From a virus (Duplodnaviria; Caudoviricetes): a stretch of DNA of 30,939 nucleotides. Under the pieces are notes generated by a model that saw nothing but the letters and a program-made list of their open reading frames with translations, was not told where the DNA came from and searched no databases. This document shows positions 7,545 through 16,600 of this stretch, in pieces. Location: IMG/VR virus record IMGVR_UViG_3300033475_000113, positions 1 to 30,939 of that record, one strand, 5' to 3'. Position numbers and translations under genes: made by a program. How positions within the stretch are numbered: the stretch's first letter is position 1; every line of letters starts with the position of its first letter.

Positions 7545-9548
7545 ATGGAACCCGATTTTAGCGGATGGGCAACCAAGGCTGGTCTCAAGTGCTCCGACGG
7601 TCGAACCATCACGCCGCAGGCGTTCCAGCACATGGACGGCATGACGGTTCCTCTGGTCTGGAAGCACGACCACAACAACCCCGACAACATCCTGGGCCAC
7701 GTCCTGCTCGAGGCGAAGCCTGAAGGCGTCCGATGCCACGGCTTCTTCAACGACACCCCTTCGGGCATCAACGCGAAGGCTCTCGTCGCGCACAAGGATG
7801 TCAACTCGCTGTCGATCTGGGCCAATCAGATCAAGGAGCACGCCAAGCAGGTTCTGCACGGCATGATCCGCGAGGTCAGCATCGTGCTCTCCGGTGCCAA
7901 CCCGGGCGCCAAGATCGACTACGTCCGAATCGTACACGGCGACGGCCCGGACGAATATACCGAGTCCGAGGACGAGTTCATCCTCCACGGCATGGAGTTG
8001 GCTATCGAGGAGCCGGACTCTCTCGAGGGAGAAGTCGAAGAGATCGCCCACGCTGCTCAGACGATCGAAGACGTGTTCAACACGCTGAACGAAGAGCAGA
8101 AGGCCGCTGTCTACTTCATGCTCGGCGCAGCGACCGAGGGCATGACGCCGCCTGTCGCTCAAACGGAAGACAAGACCGAGGACGACCTCGAACACAAGAA
8201 GGAAGGAACGGACGACGTGACCAGCACTCGGAATGTTTTCGAGCAGAGCGGCAAGACCACCACTCCGGACGGCGACAAGCACGTCCTTTCCCACGACGAC
8301 GTGCTGAGCATCGGCAAGCGTGCGGCGCAGCTCGGCTCGCTGAAGATGGCCGTCAACGAGTACGTCGTTGCGCACGGCATCGAGAACATCGACATCCTGT
8401 TCCCGGACGCGAAGAACGTCACCGGGGCGCCGGAGTTCGACAAGCGTCGCACTGAGTGGGTCGACGGCGTGCTGAACGGCGCGACGCACCGTCCGTTCGC
8501 TCGTATCAAGACCATGAGCGCGAATCTGACCCTGGACGAGGCCCGGGCCAAGGGTTACGTGAAGGGCAACTTCAAGAAGGAGGAGTTCTTCGCCGTCACC
8601 AAGCGATCCACTTCTCCGGTCACGATCTACAAGAAGCAGAAGCTCGACCGCGACGACATCATCGACATCACCGAGTTCGACGTCGTGGCCTGGCTCAAGG
8701 CCGAGATCCGCCTCATGCTCAACGAGGAAATCGCTCGGGCCATCCTGATCGGAGACGGTCGTGCGGTCGACGACGAGGACAAGATCAAAGACCCCGTGGG
8801 GGCGCAGGACGGTACGGGCATCCGGTCCATCGCGTTCGATCACGAGCTCTACGCAGCGACTGCGTACGTCAACATCAGCGACGCCAACAGCGACTACTAC
8901 GAGGTCATCGAGCAGGTCCTGCGGCAGCGGAAGCTGTACAAGGGCACTGGCACGCCGGACTTCTACACCACCGAGCCGGTCATCACCGAGATGCTGCTCA
9001 GCAAGGACGCGCTCGGCCGTCGGCGGTTCTCGAACCTGTCAGAGCTGGCCGCGGAGCTCCGGGTCAACTCGATCGTCGCGGTCGAGGCCATGGAGGCCGA
9101 CTACGCCGCCGACATCCTCGGTATCATGGTCAACCTGGTCGACTACAGCACGGGTACTGACCGCGGTGGCGAGGTCAACTTCTTCGACGACTTCGACATC
9201 GACTACAACCAGTTCAAGTACATGATGGAAGGCCGTATGTCCGGCGGTCTGACCAAGATCCGTTCGGCCGTCGTCTTCCGCAAGACCGCGGGTACCGACG
9301 TCCTGGTCAACCCGATCACGGCTCCGACCTTCGTCTCGGCGACCGGTGTCATCACCATCCCGACGCAGACTGGAGTCACGTACCACTACGTCAACGCCGA
9401 CGGCACCAGCGGTTCGACGCTTTCCGCGGGCGCGCAGACGGCGATCACCGCAGGCACTTCCAAGACGGTTCGCGCCGTGCCGGCCACCAACTACTACTTC
9501 CTCAACAACATCGACGACGAGTGGACGTTCACGCGTCCGGTCGCGTAG
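7545..9548 (+). CDS. Fused prohead protease - scaffold linker - major capsid protein with C-terminal Ig-like extension
   Basis: N-terminal HK97-type protease (FSGWAT, VPLVWKHDH, LSIWA, IREVSIVLSGANPGAKI), acidic linker, capsid domain (LNEEIARAILIGDG); strongest codon bias in the window. Confidence 0.9.
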   Translation: MEPDFSGWATKAGLKCSDGRTITPQAFQHMDGMTVPLVWKHDHNNPDNILGHVLLEAKPEGVRCHGFFNDTPSGINAKALVAHKDVNSLSIWANQIKEHAKQVLHGMIREVSIVLSGANPGAKIDYVRIVHGDGPDEYTESEDEFILHGMELAIEEPDSLEGEVEEIAHAAQTIEDVFNTLNEEQKAAVYFMLGAATEGMTPPVAQTEDKTEDDLEHKKEGTDDVTSTRNVFEQSGKTTTPDGDKHVLSHDDVLSIGKRAAQLGSLKMAVNEYVVAHGIENIDILFPDAKNVTGAPEFDKRRTEWVDGVLNGATHRPFARIKTMSANLTLDEARAKGYVKGNFKKEEFFAVTKRSTSPVTIYKKQKLDRDDIIDITEFDVVAWLKAEIRLMLNEEIARAILIGDGRAVDDEDKIKDPVGAQDGTGIRSIAFDHELYAATAYVNISDANSDYYEVIEQVLRQRKLYKGTGTPDFYTTEPVITEMLLSKDALGRRRFSNLSELAAELRVNSIVAVEAMEADYAADILGIMVNLVDYSTGTDRGGEVNFFDDFDIDYNQFKYMMEGRMSGGLTKIRSAVVFRKTAGTDVLVNPITAPTFVSATGVITIPTQTGVTYHYVNADGTSGSTLSAGAQTAITAGTSKTVRAVPATNYYFLNNIDDEWTFTRPVA

Positions 9549-9563
9549 TAGGCGAGTCTCACC

Positions 9564-9896
9564 ATGGCAAGGTTCTTCGGTGAGATCGGATACGGCGTGC
9601 GAATCGAATCTGCTCCTGGCGTGTGGAAAGACAGCATCACCGAGAAGTCATATTACGGCGATGTGATCCGAAACACGAAGCAAAACCAGGATGGACAAAG
9701 TGTCAACGATGATATTACTGTTGGCAACTCGATAAGCATCGTCGCGGATGAGTACGCCGGCTTACATTTCCTTGCCATTCGGTATATCCGATGGTTGGGG
9801 GTGCTGTGGACGGTAGCAAACGTCGATGTGCAGCACCCCCGCTTGGTGTTGAGATTGGGGGCGAAATACAATGGGCCGATTGGCACTCCAGTCTAA
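9564..9896 (+). CDS. Head-tail joining protein (stopper-like)
   Basis: Position after capsid; 110 aa beta-rich with W.V..V...PRL.L C-terminus. Confidence 0.65.
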   Translation: MARFFGEIGYGVRIESAPGVWKDSITEKSYYGDVIRNTKQNQDGQSVNDDITVGNSISIVADEYAGLHFLAIRYIRWLGVLWTVANVDVQHPRLVLRLGAKYNGPIGTPV

Positions 9897-10173
9897 ACTC
9901 GAAATACTTCTGGGTTCAGACAAGGTGTATTTTCAGTCCCCGCCCAACATTGAGATGGGATATCCGTGCATCGTCTACGACGTAGACCAGGCGAGCACGG
10001 ATTTCGCCGACAATGCTCCATACAACTACGTCAAACGGTATCGAGTCACCGTGATGGATGGAGATCCGGATAGCATTATTCCGGATAAAGTTGCCGCGTT
10101 GCCGACATGCATATTCAATCGAAATTTCGCGGCGAACGATCTTCACCACAACGTCTTCCTGTTGTATTTCTGA
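9871..10173 (+). CDS. Tail terminator-like protein
   Basis: VYFQSPPNIEMGYPCIVY motif; immediately precedes the major tail gene. Confidence 0.65.
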   Translation: MGRLALQSKLEILLGSDKVYFQSPPNIEMGYPCIVYDVDQASTDFADNAPYNYVKRYRVTVMDGDPDSIIPDKVAALPTCIFNRNFAANDLHHNVFLLYF

Positions 10174-10185
10174 GGAGAGTAGCAC

Positions 10186-11073
10186 ATGACCAAGGTTCTC
10201 TGGGACCAGTCGGGCGGAAAGGTCTATGAGACCGGTGTCGACCGCGGCGTCCTGTACCTTCCGAATGGTGTCGGGGCTTACGACACCGGCTTCGCGTGGA
10301 ATGGTCTGACGACCGTCACCGAGTCTCCGTCCGGCGCTGAGCCCAACAAGCAGTACGCAGACAACATCATCTACGCCACCCTTCTCTCGTACGAGGAGTT
10401 CGGCGGCACCATCGAGGCCTACACCTATCCCGACGAGTTCGCTCAATGTGACGGCACTGCAGCCGTCGAGCAGGGCGTCTACATCGGTCAGCAGGATCGA
10501 AAGGTGTTCGGCTTCTCCTATCGAACACTGGTCGGCAACGACATCGACGGCAACGCGCACGGCTACAAGCTGCATCTCGTCTACGGCGCCCTGGCCTCAC
10601 CGAGCGAGAAGGCCAACGCCACGATCAACGACTCGCCGGAACTGGTGAACTTCAGCTGGGACTTCACCACGACTCCCGTCGAGGTCGGCACGATCAACAG
10701 CGTCCTGTACAAGCCGACATCGTACATCTGCGTCGACTCGACCAAGGTGGACGCTGACGCGCTGGCGGCCCTCGAGGACTTCCTCTACGGCACGGTCGGC
10801 ACGGACCCTTCGCTTCCGACGCCCGCCGCGGTCGCTGCTCTGTTCGCGGGCACGATCACCGTCGCAACTCCGACGGTTCCTTCGTACGACAGTGGCACCC
10901 ACACCATCACCATCCCGACGGTTACGGGTATCACGTACCGGATCAACGGCGTGGCTGTGGCGGCAGGCCCGGTCGTGCTCACCACGGGTCAGTCCAAGAT
11001 TGTCGTGGCGACGCCGAACAACGGCTACAAGCTGCCGGCCATCTTCGACAACGACTGGATGTACACCTACTAA
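10186..11073 (+). CDS. Major tail (tube) protein with C-terminal Ig-like domain
   Basis: [49 protein letters not shown] motifs; high GC3. Confidence 0.88.
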   Translation: MTKVLWDQSGGKVYETGVDRGVLYLPNGVGAYDTGFAWNGLTTVTESPSGAEPNKQYADNIIYATLLSYEEFGGTIEAYTYPDEFAQCDGTAAVEQGVYIGQQDRKVFGFSYRTLVGNDIDGNAHGYKLHLVYGALASPSEKANATINDSPELVNFSWDFTTTPVEVGTINSVLYKPTSYICVDSTKVDADALAALEDFLYGTVGTDPSLPTPAAVAALFAGTITVATPTVPSYDSGTHTITIPTVTGITYRINGVAVAAGPVVLTTGQSKIVVATPNNGYKLPAIFDNDWMYTY

Positions 11074-11093
11074 CCACGAGGGGAGGCCAGAGA

Positions 11094-11636
11094 ATGCTCA
11101 AGTTGTCGGTGTCAATTCCCGAAGTTTTCAACGAAACGAACAATGAATTCATCGGCGGACATGTTGTTGACATCGAGCTCGAGCATTCTCTGGTCTCGCT
11201 GTCAAAATGGGAGTCATTCTTCGAAACCCCCTTCATCGCTTCGAAAGACAAGACTGAAGAACAGGTTTTGTGGTACGTCGAAGCGATGACGTTGACTCCT
11301 AATGTTCCTCCGGAAGTTTTCCAGAACCTTAGTCAAGACAACGTTGATGCCATCAATAAATACATCAACGCAAAGATGTCTGCGACTTGGTTCTCAGAGG
11401 AAGAAAAGAAGAAGCATAGTCGAGAAGTTGTCACTGCTGAGATTATCTACTACTGGATGATCTCACTCGGTGTTCCATTCGAATGTCAGCATTGGCATTT
11501 GAATAAACTTCTGACATTAATCCGGGTTTGTAATCAGAAAAATGCCCCGGAGAAAAAATTGACCAAACAAGAGATAGCTGAGCGAAATAGAGATCTCAAT
11601 GCTCAACGCAAAGCTCAACTGAAGACGGCAGGGTAA
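11094..11636 (+). CDS. Tail assembly chaperone-like protein
   Basis: Follows the major tail gene; [13 protein letters not shown] and [17 protein letters not shown] motifs. Confidence 0.6.
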   Translation: MLKLSVSIPEVFNETNNEFIGGHVVDIELEHSLVSLSKWESFFETPFIASKDKTEEQVLWYVEAMTLTPNVPPEVFQNLSQDNVDAINKYINAKMSATWFSEEEKKKHSREVVTAEIIYYWMISLGVPFECQHWHLNKLLTLIRVCNQKNAPEKKLTKQEIAERNRDLNAQRKAQLKTAG

Positions 11637-11648
11637 AGGAGGGATCAC

Positions 11649-12437
11649 GTGTCGCGAATCACTTGGGATGATCTAGGCAAGCGCTTCTATGAAGTCGGCA
11701 TCGACCGCGGCGTTCTGTACCCTCCAAGTGGCGATGGAGTTCCTTGGAATGGTTTGACATCAGTCAGGGTACATCCTTCTGGAGGCGATCAGAAAGGCTA
11801 CTACCTGGATGGCATCAAGTATTTGAATGTGCCATCTCCCGAGGAATACGAAGCAACGATCACCGCTTTCACCTACCCTGACGAATTCGGCGTCTGTGAT
11901 GGAACGACTCGAGTGCATTCGGGTCTTTTCGTTACACAACAGCAAAGAAAACCTTTCGGCTTCTCATACCGGACCCGAATCGGAAACGAGTTGGACAGTA
12001 ACTACGGTTACAAGATCCATATCGTGTACAACGCTCTCGCTGCGCCCTCAAATAAAGACTTCTCGACTCTCGGTGGATCGGTGAGTCTTGCCGATTTCAG
12101 TTGGGATATCACTACCAAACCCGCCGCGATGACTGGCGTCAAGCGAAGCGCACATATCGAGATCGACACTCGATCTGCAAACCCGGCTGCCATTTCCGAC
12201 GTCGAAGATATTCTGTACGGCACGGAGGCGCAAGCGGCTAGTCTGCCAACCCTAGCGCAGTTGGTAGACATATTCGAAGCATACGCGATCCTGTCTGTGA
12301 TCGACAATGGTGATGGAACATTTACCGTCACTGGTCCAGACGACGCGATCACCTTCCCCACCGCCGATACTTTCGAAATCACCTGGCCGTCGGCAGTTCC
12401 GATCGATGCCGATACGTTCACGCTTAGCTCGCTTTAG
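11649..12437 (+). CDS. Second tail-tube-like protein (paralog of 10186-11073)
   Basis: Shares YEVGIDRGVLY, WNGLT, FTYPDEF, FGFSYRT, GYKIHIVYNALA, FSWDITT and EDILYGT with the major tail protein. Confidence 0.85.
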   Translation: MSRITWDDLGKRFYEVGIDRGVLYPPSGDGVPWNGLTSVRVHPSGGDQKGYYLDGIKYLNVPSPEEYEATITAFTYPDEFGVCDGTTRVHSGLFVTQQQRKPFGFSYRTRIGNELDSNYGYKIHIVYNALAAPSNKDFSTLGGSVSLADFSWDITTKPAAMTGVKRSAHIEIDTRSANPAAISDVEDILYGTEAQAASLPTLAQLVDIFEAYAILSVIDNGDGTFTVTGPDDAITFPTADTFEITWPSAVPIDADTFTLSSL

Positions 12438-12449
12438 GAGGGAGGCCTC

Positions 12450-13292
12450 ATGGCTACCGTAACTGGAATGACTGCTGCCGCCATCAACGCTCTGGTCGCA
12501 GGTCTCGTCAAGGACGCTGAATTTGATATCTCCGGGCATCTTATTCTCACCTTGCACGACGACAGCACAATCGATGCTGGAGCTCCTACGCTCTCCACTC
12601 CGGACGCGAGCACCACAGTCAAGGGTATCGTCGAACTGGCGACTAGCTCGGAGACTAGTGCGCTGACTGATGCGGTTCGCGCCATCACGCCAGCAGGACT
12701 TGCTACGCTGATCGGAACGCTAGCGACGGCCTCACACACGCATGCGTTCTCAGTGATCACTGGCGATGCGGCCAACAACCAAATCGCTCAGATGGCTGCG
12801 CATACCATCAAGGGCAATAACACTGGCAGCACCGCTGACCAGGCCGATTTGACCATCGCTCAAGTCTGGGCCGAACTCAACGGCGGTTGGCAGACCTGGT
12901 CGGGAATCTCGCTTCTCGGCGATACATCGAACCCGACCATCGGTGGTGGTTCCTCGTTCACCGGTCAGTATCGCATCTATGACAATACTTTGGATGCAGA
13001 TGCTCAGTTGACCATCGGTTCAGGTTGGTCCGCGGGTAGTGGTGACTACTATTTGACCATCCCAAGCAGTAGGTCTGCGTCAAACTACAAACTCGGCCTC
13101 GGTCCGGGCATGATTTTCGACGCCAACGACACAACGACCGGCGGTATCGGTGTCGTCACCATGAAGACCGGTGGAACAAAACTATATCTGGCAATGGATA
13201 CGCCATCAGGAAACGGGTGGCTCGGTAGCGGATGGGCATTGAGCTCCGGCGACCAAGTTCGTTGGTCCATTCGAGGTCTTCGACTGACGTAG
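12450..13292 (+). CDS. Minor tail / fiber-like protein
   Basis: PDASTTVKGIVELATSSET tail-fiber repeat motif; G/T/S-rich C-terminal beta domain. Confidence 0.7.
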   Translation: MATVTGMTAAAINALVAGLVKDAEFDISGHLILTLHDDSTIDAGAPTLSTPDASTTVKGIVELATSSETSALTDAVRAITPAGLATLIGTLATASHTHAFSVITGDAANNQIAQMAAHTIKGNNTGSTADQADLTIAQVWAELNGGWQTWSGISLLGDTSNPTIGGGSSFTGQYRIYDNTLDADAQLTIGSGWSAGSGDYYLTIPSSRSASNYKLGLGPGMIFDANDTTTGGIGVVTMKTGGTKLYLAMDTPSGNGWLGSGWALSSGDQVRWSIRGLRLT

Positions 13293-13307
13293 CAGAAAGG
13301 AGTCCTG

Positions 13308-13685
13308 ATGATATCCGTTACATCAAGTGGCTCCTTCAAGAATACGGAGTCGTTCCTGCGCGCAGTGTCACGATTGGATATTCGCACTATCCTGAATGAT
13401 GCTGGTAAACGAGGAGTCGCTGCGCTTTCTTCTGTCACTCCTGAAGAGTCTGGGAGAACTGCGGCTTCTTGGGATTATTCAGTGTCAACCAAGGGCGGAG
13501 TATATTCGATCATCTGGACCAACTCCGATGTCGAAAGTGGTTTTCCGGTCGCCATCATGTTGCAGTATGGCTACGGTACAGGAACTGGTGGCTACGTGGC
13601 TGGAAGAGACTACATCAACCCGGCTATGCGACCGATATTTGACTCGATCGCTGACAGAGTATGGAAGGCGGTGACCTCCGCATGA
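13308..13685 (+). CDS. HK97 gp10-like neck/tail component
   Basis: TPEESGRTAASW...LQYGYGT...GRDYINPAM motif. Confidence 0.7.
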   Translation: MISVTSSGSFKNTESFLRAVSRLDIRTILNDAGKRGVAALSSVTPEESGRTAASWDYSVSTKGGVYSIIWTNSDVESGFPVAIMLQYGYGTGTGGYVAGRDYINPAMRPIFDSIADRVWKAVTSA

Positions 13686-16600
13686 GCAGTATCGATGAAC
13701 GCGTTGTTCAAATGAAATTCGACAACGTGGAATTCGAGCGTCGCGTTAGCCAGACCATGTCTTCGCTTGCGGCTCTGAACAAGGGACTCAAGCTCGAGGG
13801 CGCCACTAAAGGTCTAGAAGATGTCAATGCTGCGAGTAGCAAGCTGACGCTCGGACCAATATCCAACGCTCTGGATACTCTGGTTGATAAGTTCAGAACG
13901 CTCTCCATCGTCGCGATTACGGCCATCACCAACATCGCAAATCGTGCCGTCAACGCAGGCATCACGCTTGTCAAATCGCTATCTACCGAACCGATCATCG
14001 CCGGTCTGCATGAATATGAGACGAACCTTAACTCGATTCAGACGATTCTGGCGAACACGGGCTTGGAAGGACAAGCCGGTCTCAACAAGGTCAATGCCGC
14101 ACTCAAGCAGCTCAACGATTATTCCGACCAAACCATCTATAACTTCAGCGAGATGGCTCGGAATATCGGTACGTTCACCGCCGCCGGCGTCACGCTGGAT
14201 GTCGCTACAAAAGCCATCAAGGGCATCGCCAATCTGGCAGCGATCTCCGGCTCGAACGCCGAACAAGCTTCTGCCGCAATGTACCAGCTCTCGCAGGCCA
14301 TATCTGCGGGTAAATTGTCGCTCGAGGACTGGAACTCGGTTGTCAACGCTGGTCTTGGCGGTAAGGTCTTCCAGAACGCTCTGATCGAGACAGCTCGGGT
14401 GCACGGCGTCGCCATCGATCAGATGATCAAGGATGAAGGCAGCTTCCGACTCACGCTGCAAAAGGGTTGGTTGACGTCCAACATCCTCACTGAGACGCTG
14501 CAGAAGTTCACCGGCGATCTCACTGCAAGCCAGCTCAAGGCGATGGGCTACAACGATCAGCAAATCGCCGGCATTCTCAAGATGGGCAAGACCGCTCAAG
14601 AGGCCGCTACCAAGGTCAAGACGTTCAGTCAGCTTCTGAGTACGCTGCAGGAAGCTGCGGGTTCTGGTTGGACACAGACCTGGCAAGTTATCTTCGGTGA
14701 CTTCGAAGAGGCCCGAACGCTCTTTACGAACGTCAACAACGTTCTTGGCGGATTCATCAACGCTTCCTCCGATGCACGAAACAAGGTGCTCGGAGATTGG
14801 AAAGAGCTCGGTGGGCGAACAGTCCTCATCGAAGCTATCTCCAACACGTTCGAAGCGTTGCTTGGCGTCATCAAGCCCATCTCCACAGCATTCCGTGAGA
14901 TCTTCCCAGCGACTACAGGGAAGCAGCTCTACAATCTCACAGTGACTCTTCGAAACTTCACCCAAAGCCTCAAAATAGGAGCAGACACAGCAAGTTATCT
15001 CCGGAGGACATTTGCCGGAGTGTTTGCGATCTTGGGACTCGGCTGGGATATCGTTCGGGAGGGAGTTAAACTTTTCCTCTCCCTGTTCGGCATGGCCACA
15101 AAAGGCTCCGGGGGAATTCTCGAATTCACTGCGAGGATCGGCGACTTCGTTGTTCGGATGCGTCAGGCCATCGAAGAAGGCCACGGCATCGAGAAGTTCT
15201 TCGAGACGCTTGGCCGGATCATTGCGGTTCCGATCAAGATCATCCGGATGTTTGCAGCGGCAATCGGATCACTGCTGGATCGATTTGACGGAGACGCTGC
15301 GGCTAAGGGCGTCGAGAACTTCGTCAGCAAACTGTCGCCGCTGAGTCGACTCACGCAAATCGGCGTTGGCGCATGGGAGAAGCTCCCCGGCATTCTTCGC
15401 GACGTATCTCGGAACTTCGCACCAATCGCCGAACGAGTCGGAAGCTTCTTCAAGAACCTTACCTCTGCAGTGGTTGAAGGGCTTCGGACACTCGATTTCA
15501 GCAAGGTCGTTCAAGTTATTCAGACTGGACTCCTTGGCGGTCTTGTCGCCTCGCTGATTGCGTTTATCACCAGGCTTCGAAGTGGGATCGGTTCAGGTCA
15601 GGATCTTCTCGAGCGAATTACTCAGCCGTTCGAAGAACTGACTGGGACGCTCAAGGCTATGCAGAATACCCTTAGAGCAGCGACACTGTTGCAAATCGCC
15701 GCTGCTGTTGGAATTCTGACCTTGTCGGTCATCGGCCTGTCTAAGATCGATTCGGCAGGATTGACTCGGGCATTGTCTGCAATTGCGGTGATGTTCACGC
15801 AGCTTATCGGAGCGTTGATCCTCTTCGAGAAGTTCGGTACCGCAAGTGTCTTCAAGGTAAATATCGCCGCGGCCGGCTTGATTCTTCTCGCTATCGCGAT
15901 AGATCTTCTAACGATCGCTGTCAGGAATCTATCAAGTCTGAGTTGGGAAGAACTCGCCAAGGGTCTTACCGGAGTTACCGTTCTTATCGGAGCTCTGGTC
16001 GGCGCGTTGAACTTGATGCCAGACAAAGGCAGGATGATCAGTACCGGTGCAGGTTTGCTTATCCTTGCTGCGGCCATCAAGGTGCTTGTCACAGCAGTGA
16101 CCGATCTGTCCGGTCTGAGCTGGGAGAAGATGGCCAAGGGTCTTGCGGGAGTCGCAGGCCTTCTTGCGGCCCTGGGTTTGTTTACCAGGTTTGCTATGGC
16201 GGAAAAAGCCGGGATATTGTCTGGCGTAGGGATTCTGCTACTTGCCGCAGGCATTAAAGTCATGGCAAGCGCACTCAAGGATCTAGGTCAGCTCTCATGG
16301 GCTGAGATCGGTCGTGGTTTGACCGCCATGGCCGGCGGTTTGGTGTTGGTGGCAGCGGCGCTTATTGCCATTCCTCCAACGTCAATTGTTTCTGCGGCCG
16401 CAGTCGTCGTGGTGGCAGCTTCGTTGGGTCTGGTTGCCAGCGCACTGCAGAAGATGGGGAGTTTCAGCTGGGAGACCATCGGTAAGGGTCTCGTTACGCT
16501 TGCTGGAGCTTTGGTCCTCATATCTGCCGCACTCATCGCCATTCCTCCAACCGCGATCATATCTGCTGCTGCAGTTCTGGTTGTAGCGCTGTCCCTGGGC

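Noticed and set aside
7185-8843. 552-aa minus-strand ORF, and other long antisense ORFs such as 13979-15184 and 16288-17205
   Set aside because: Shadow ORFs caused by strong GC3 codon bias of the + strand genes; no recognisable motifs.
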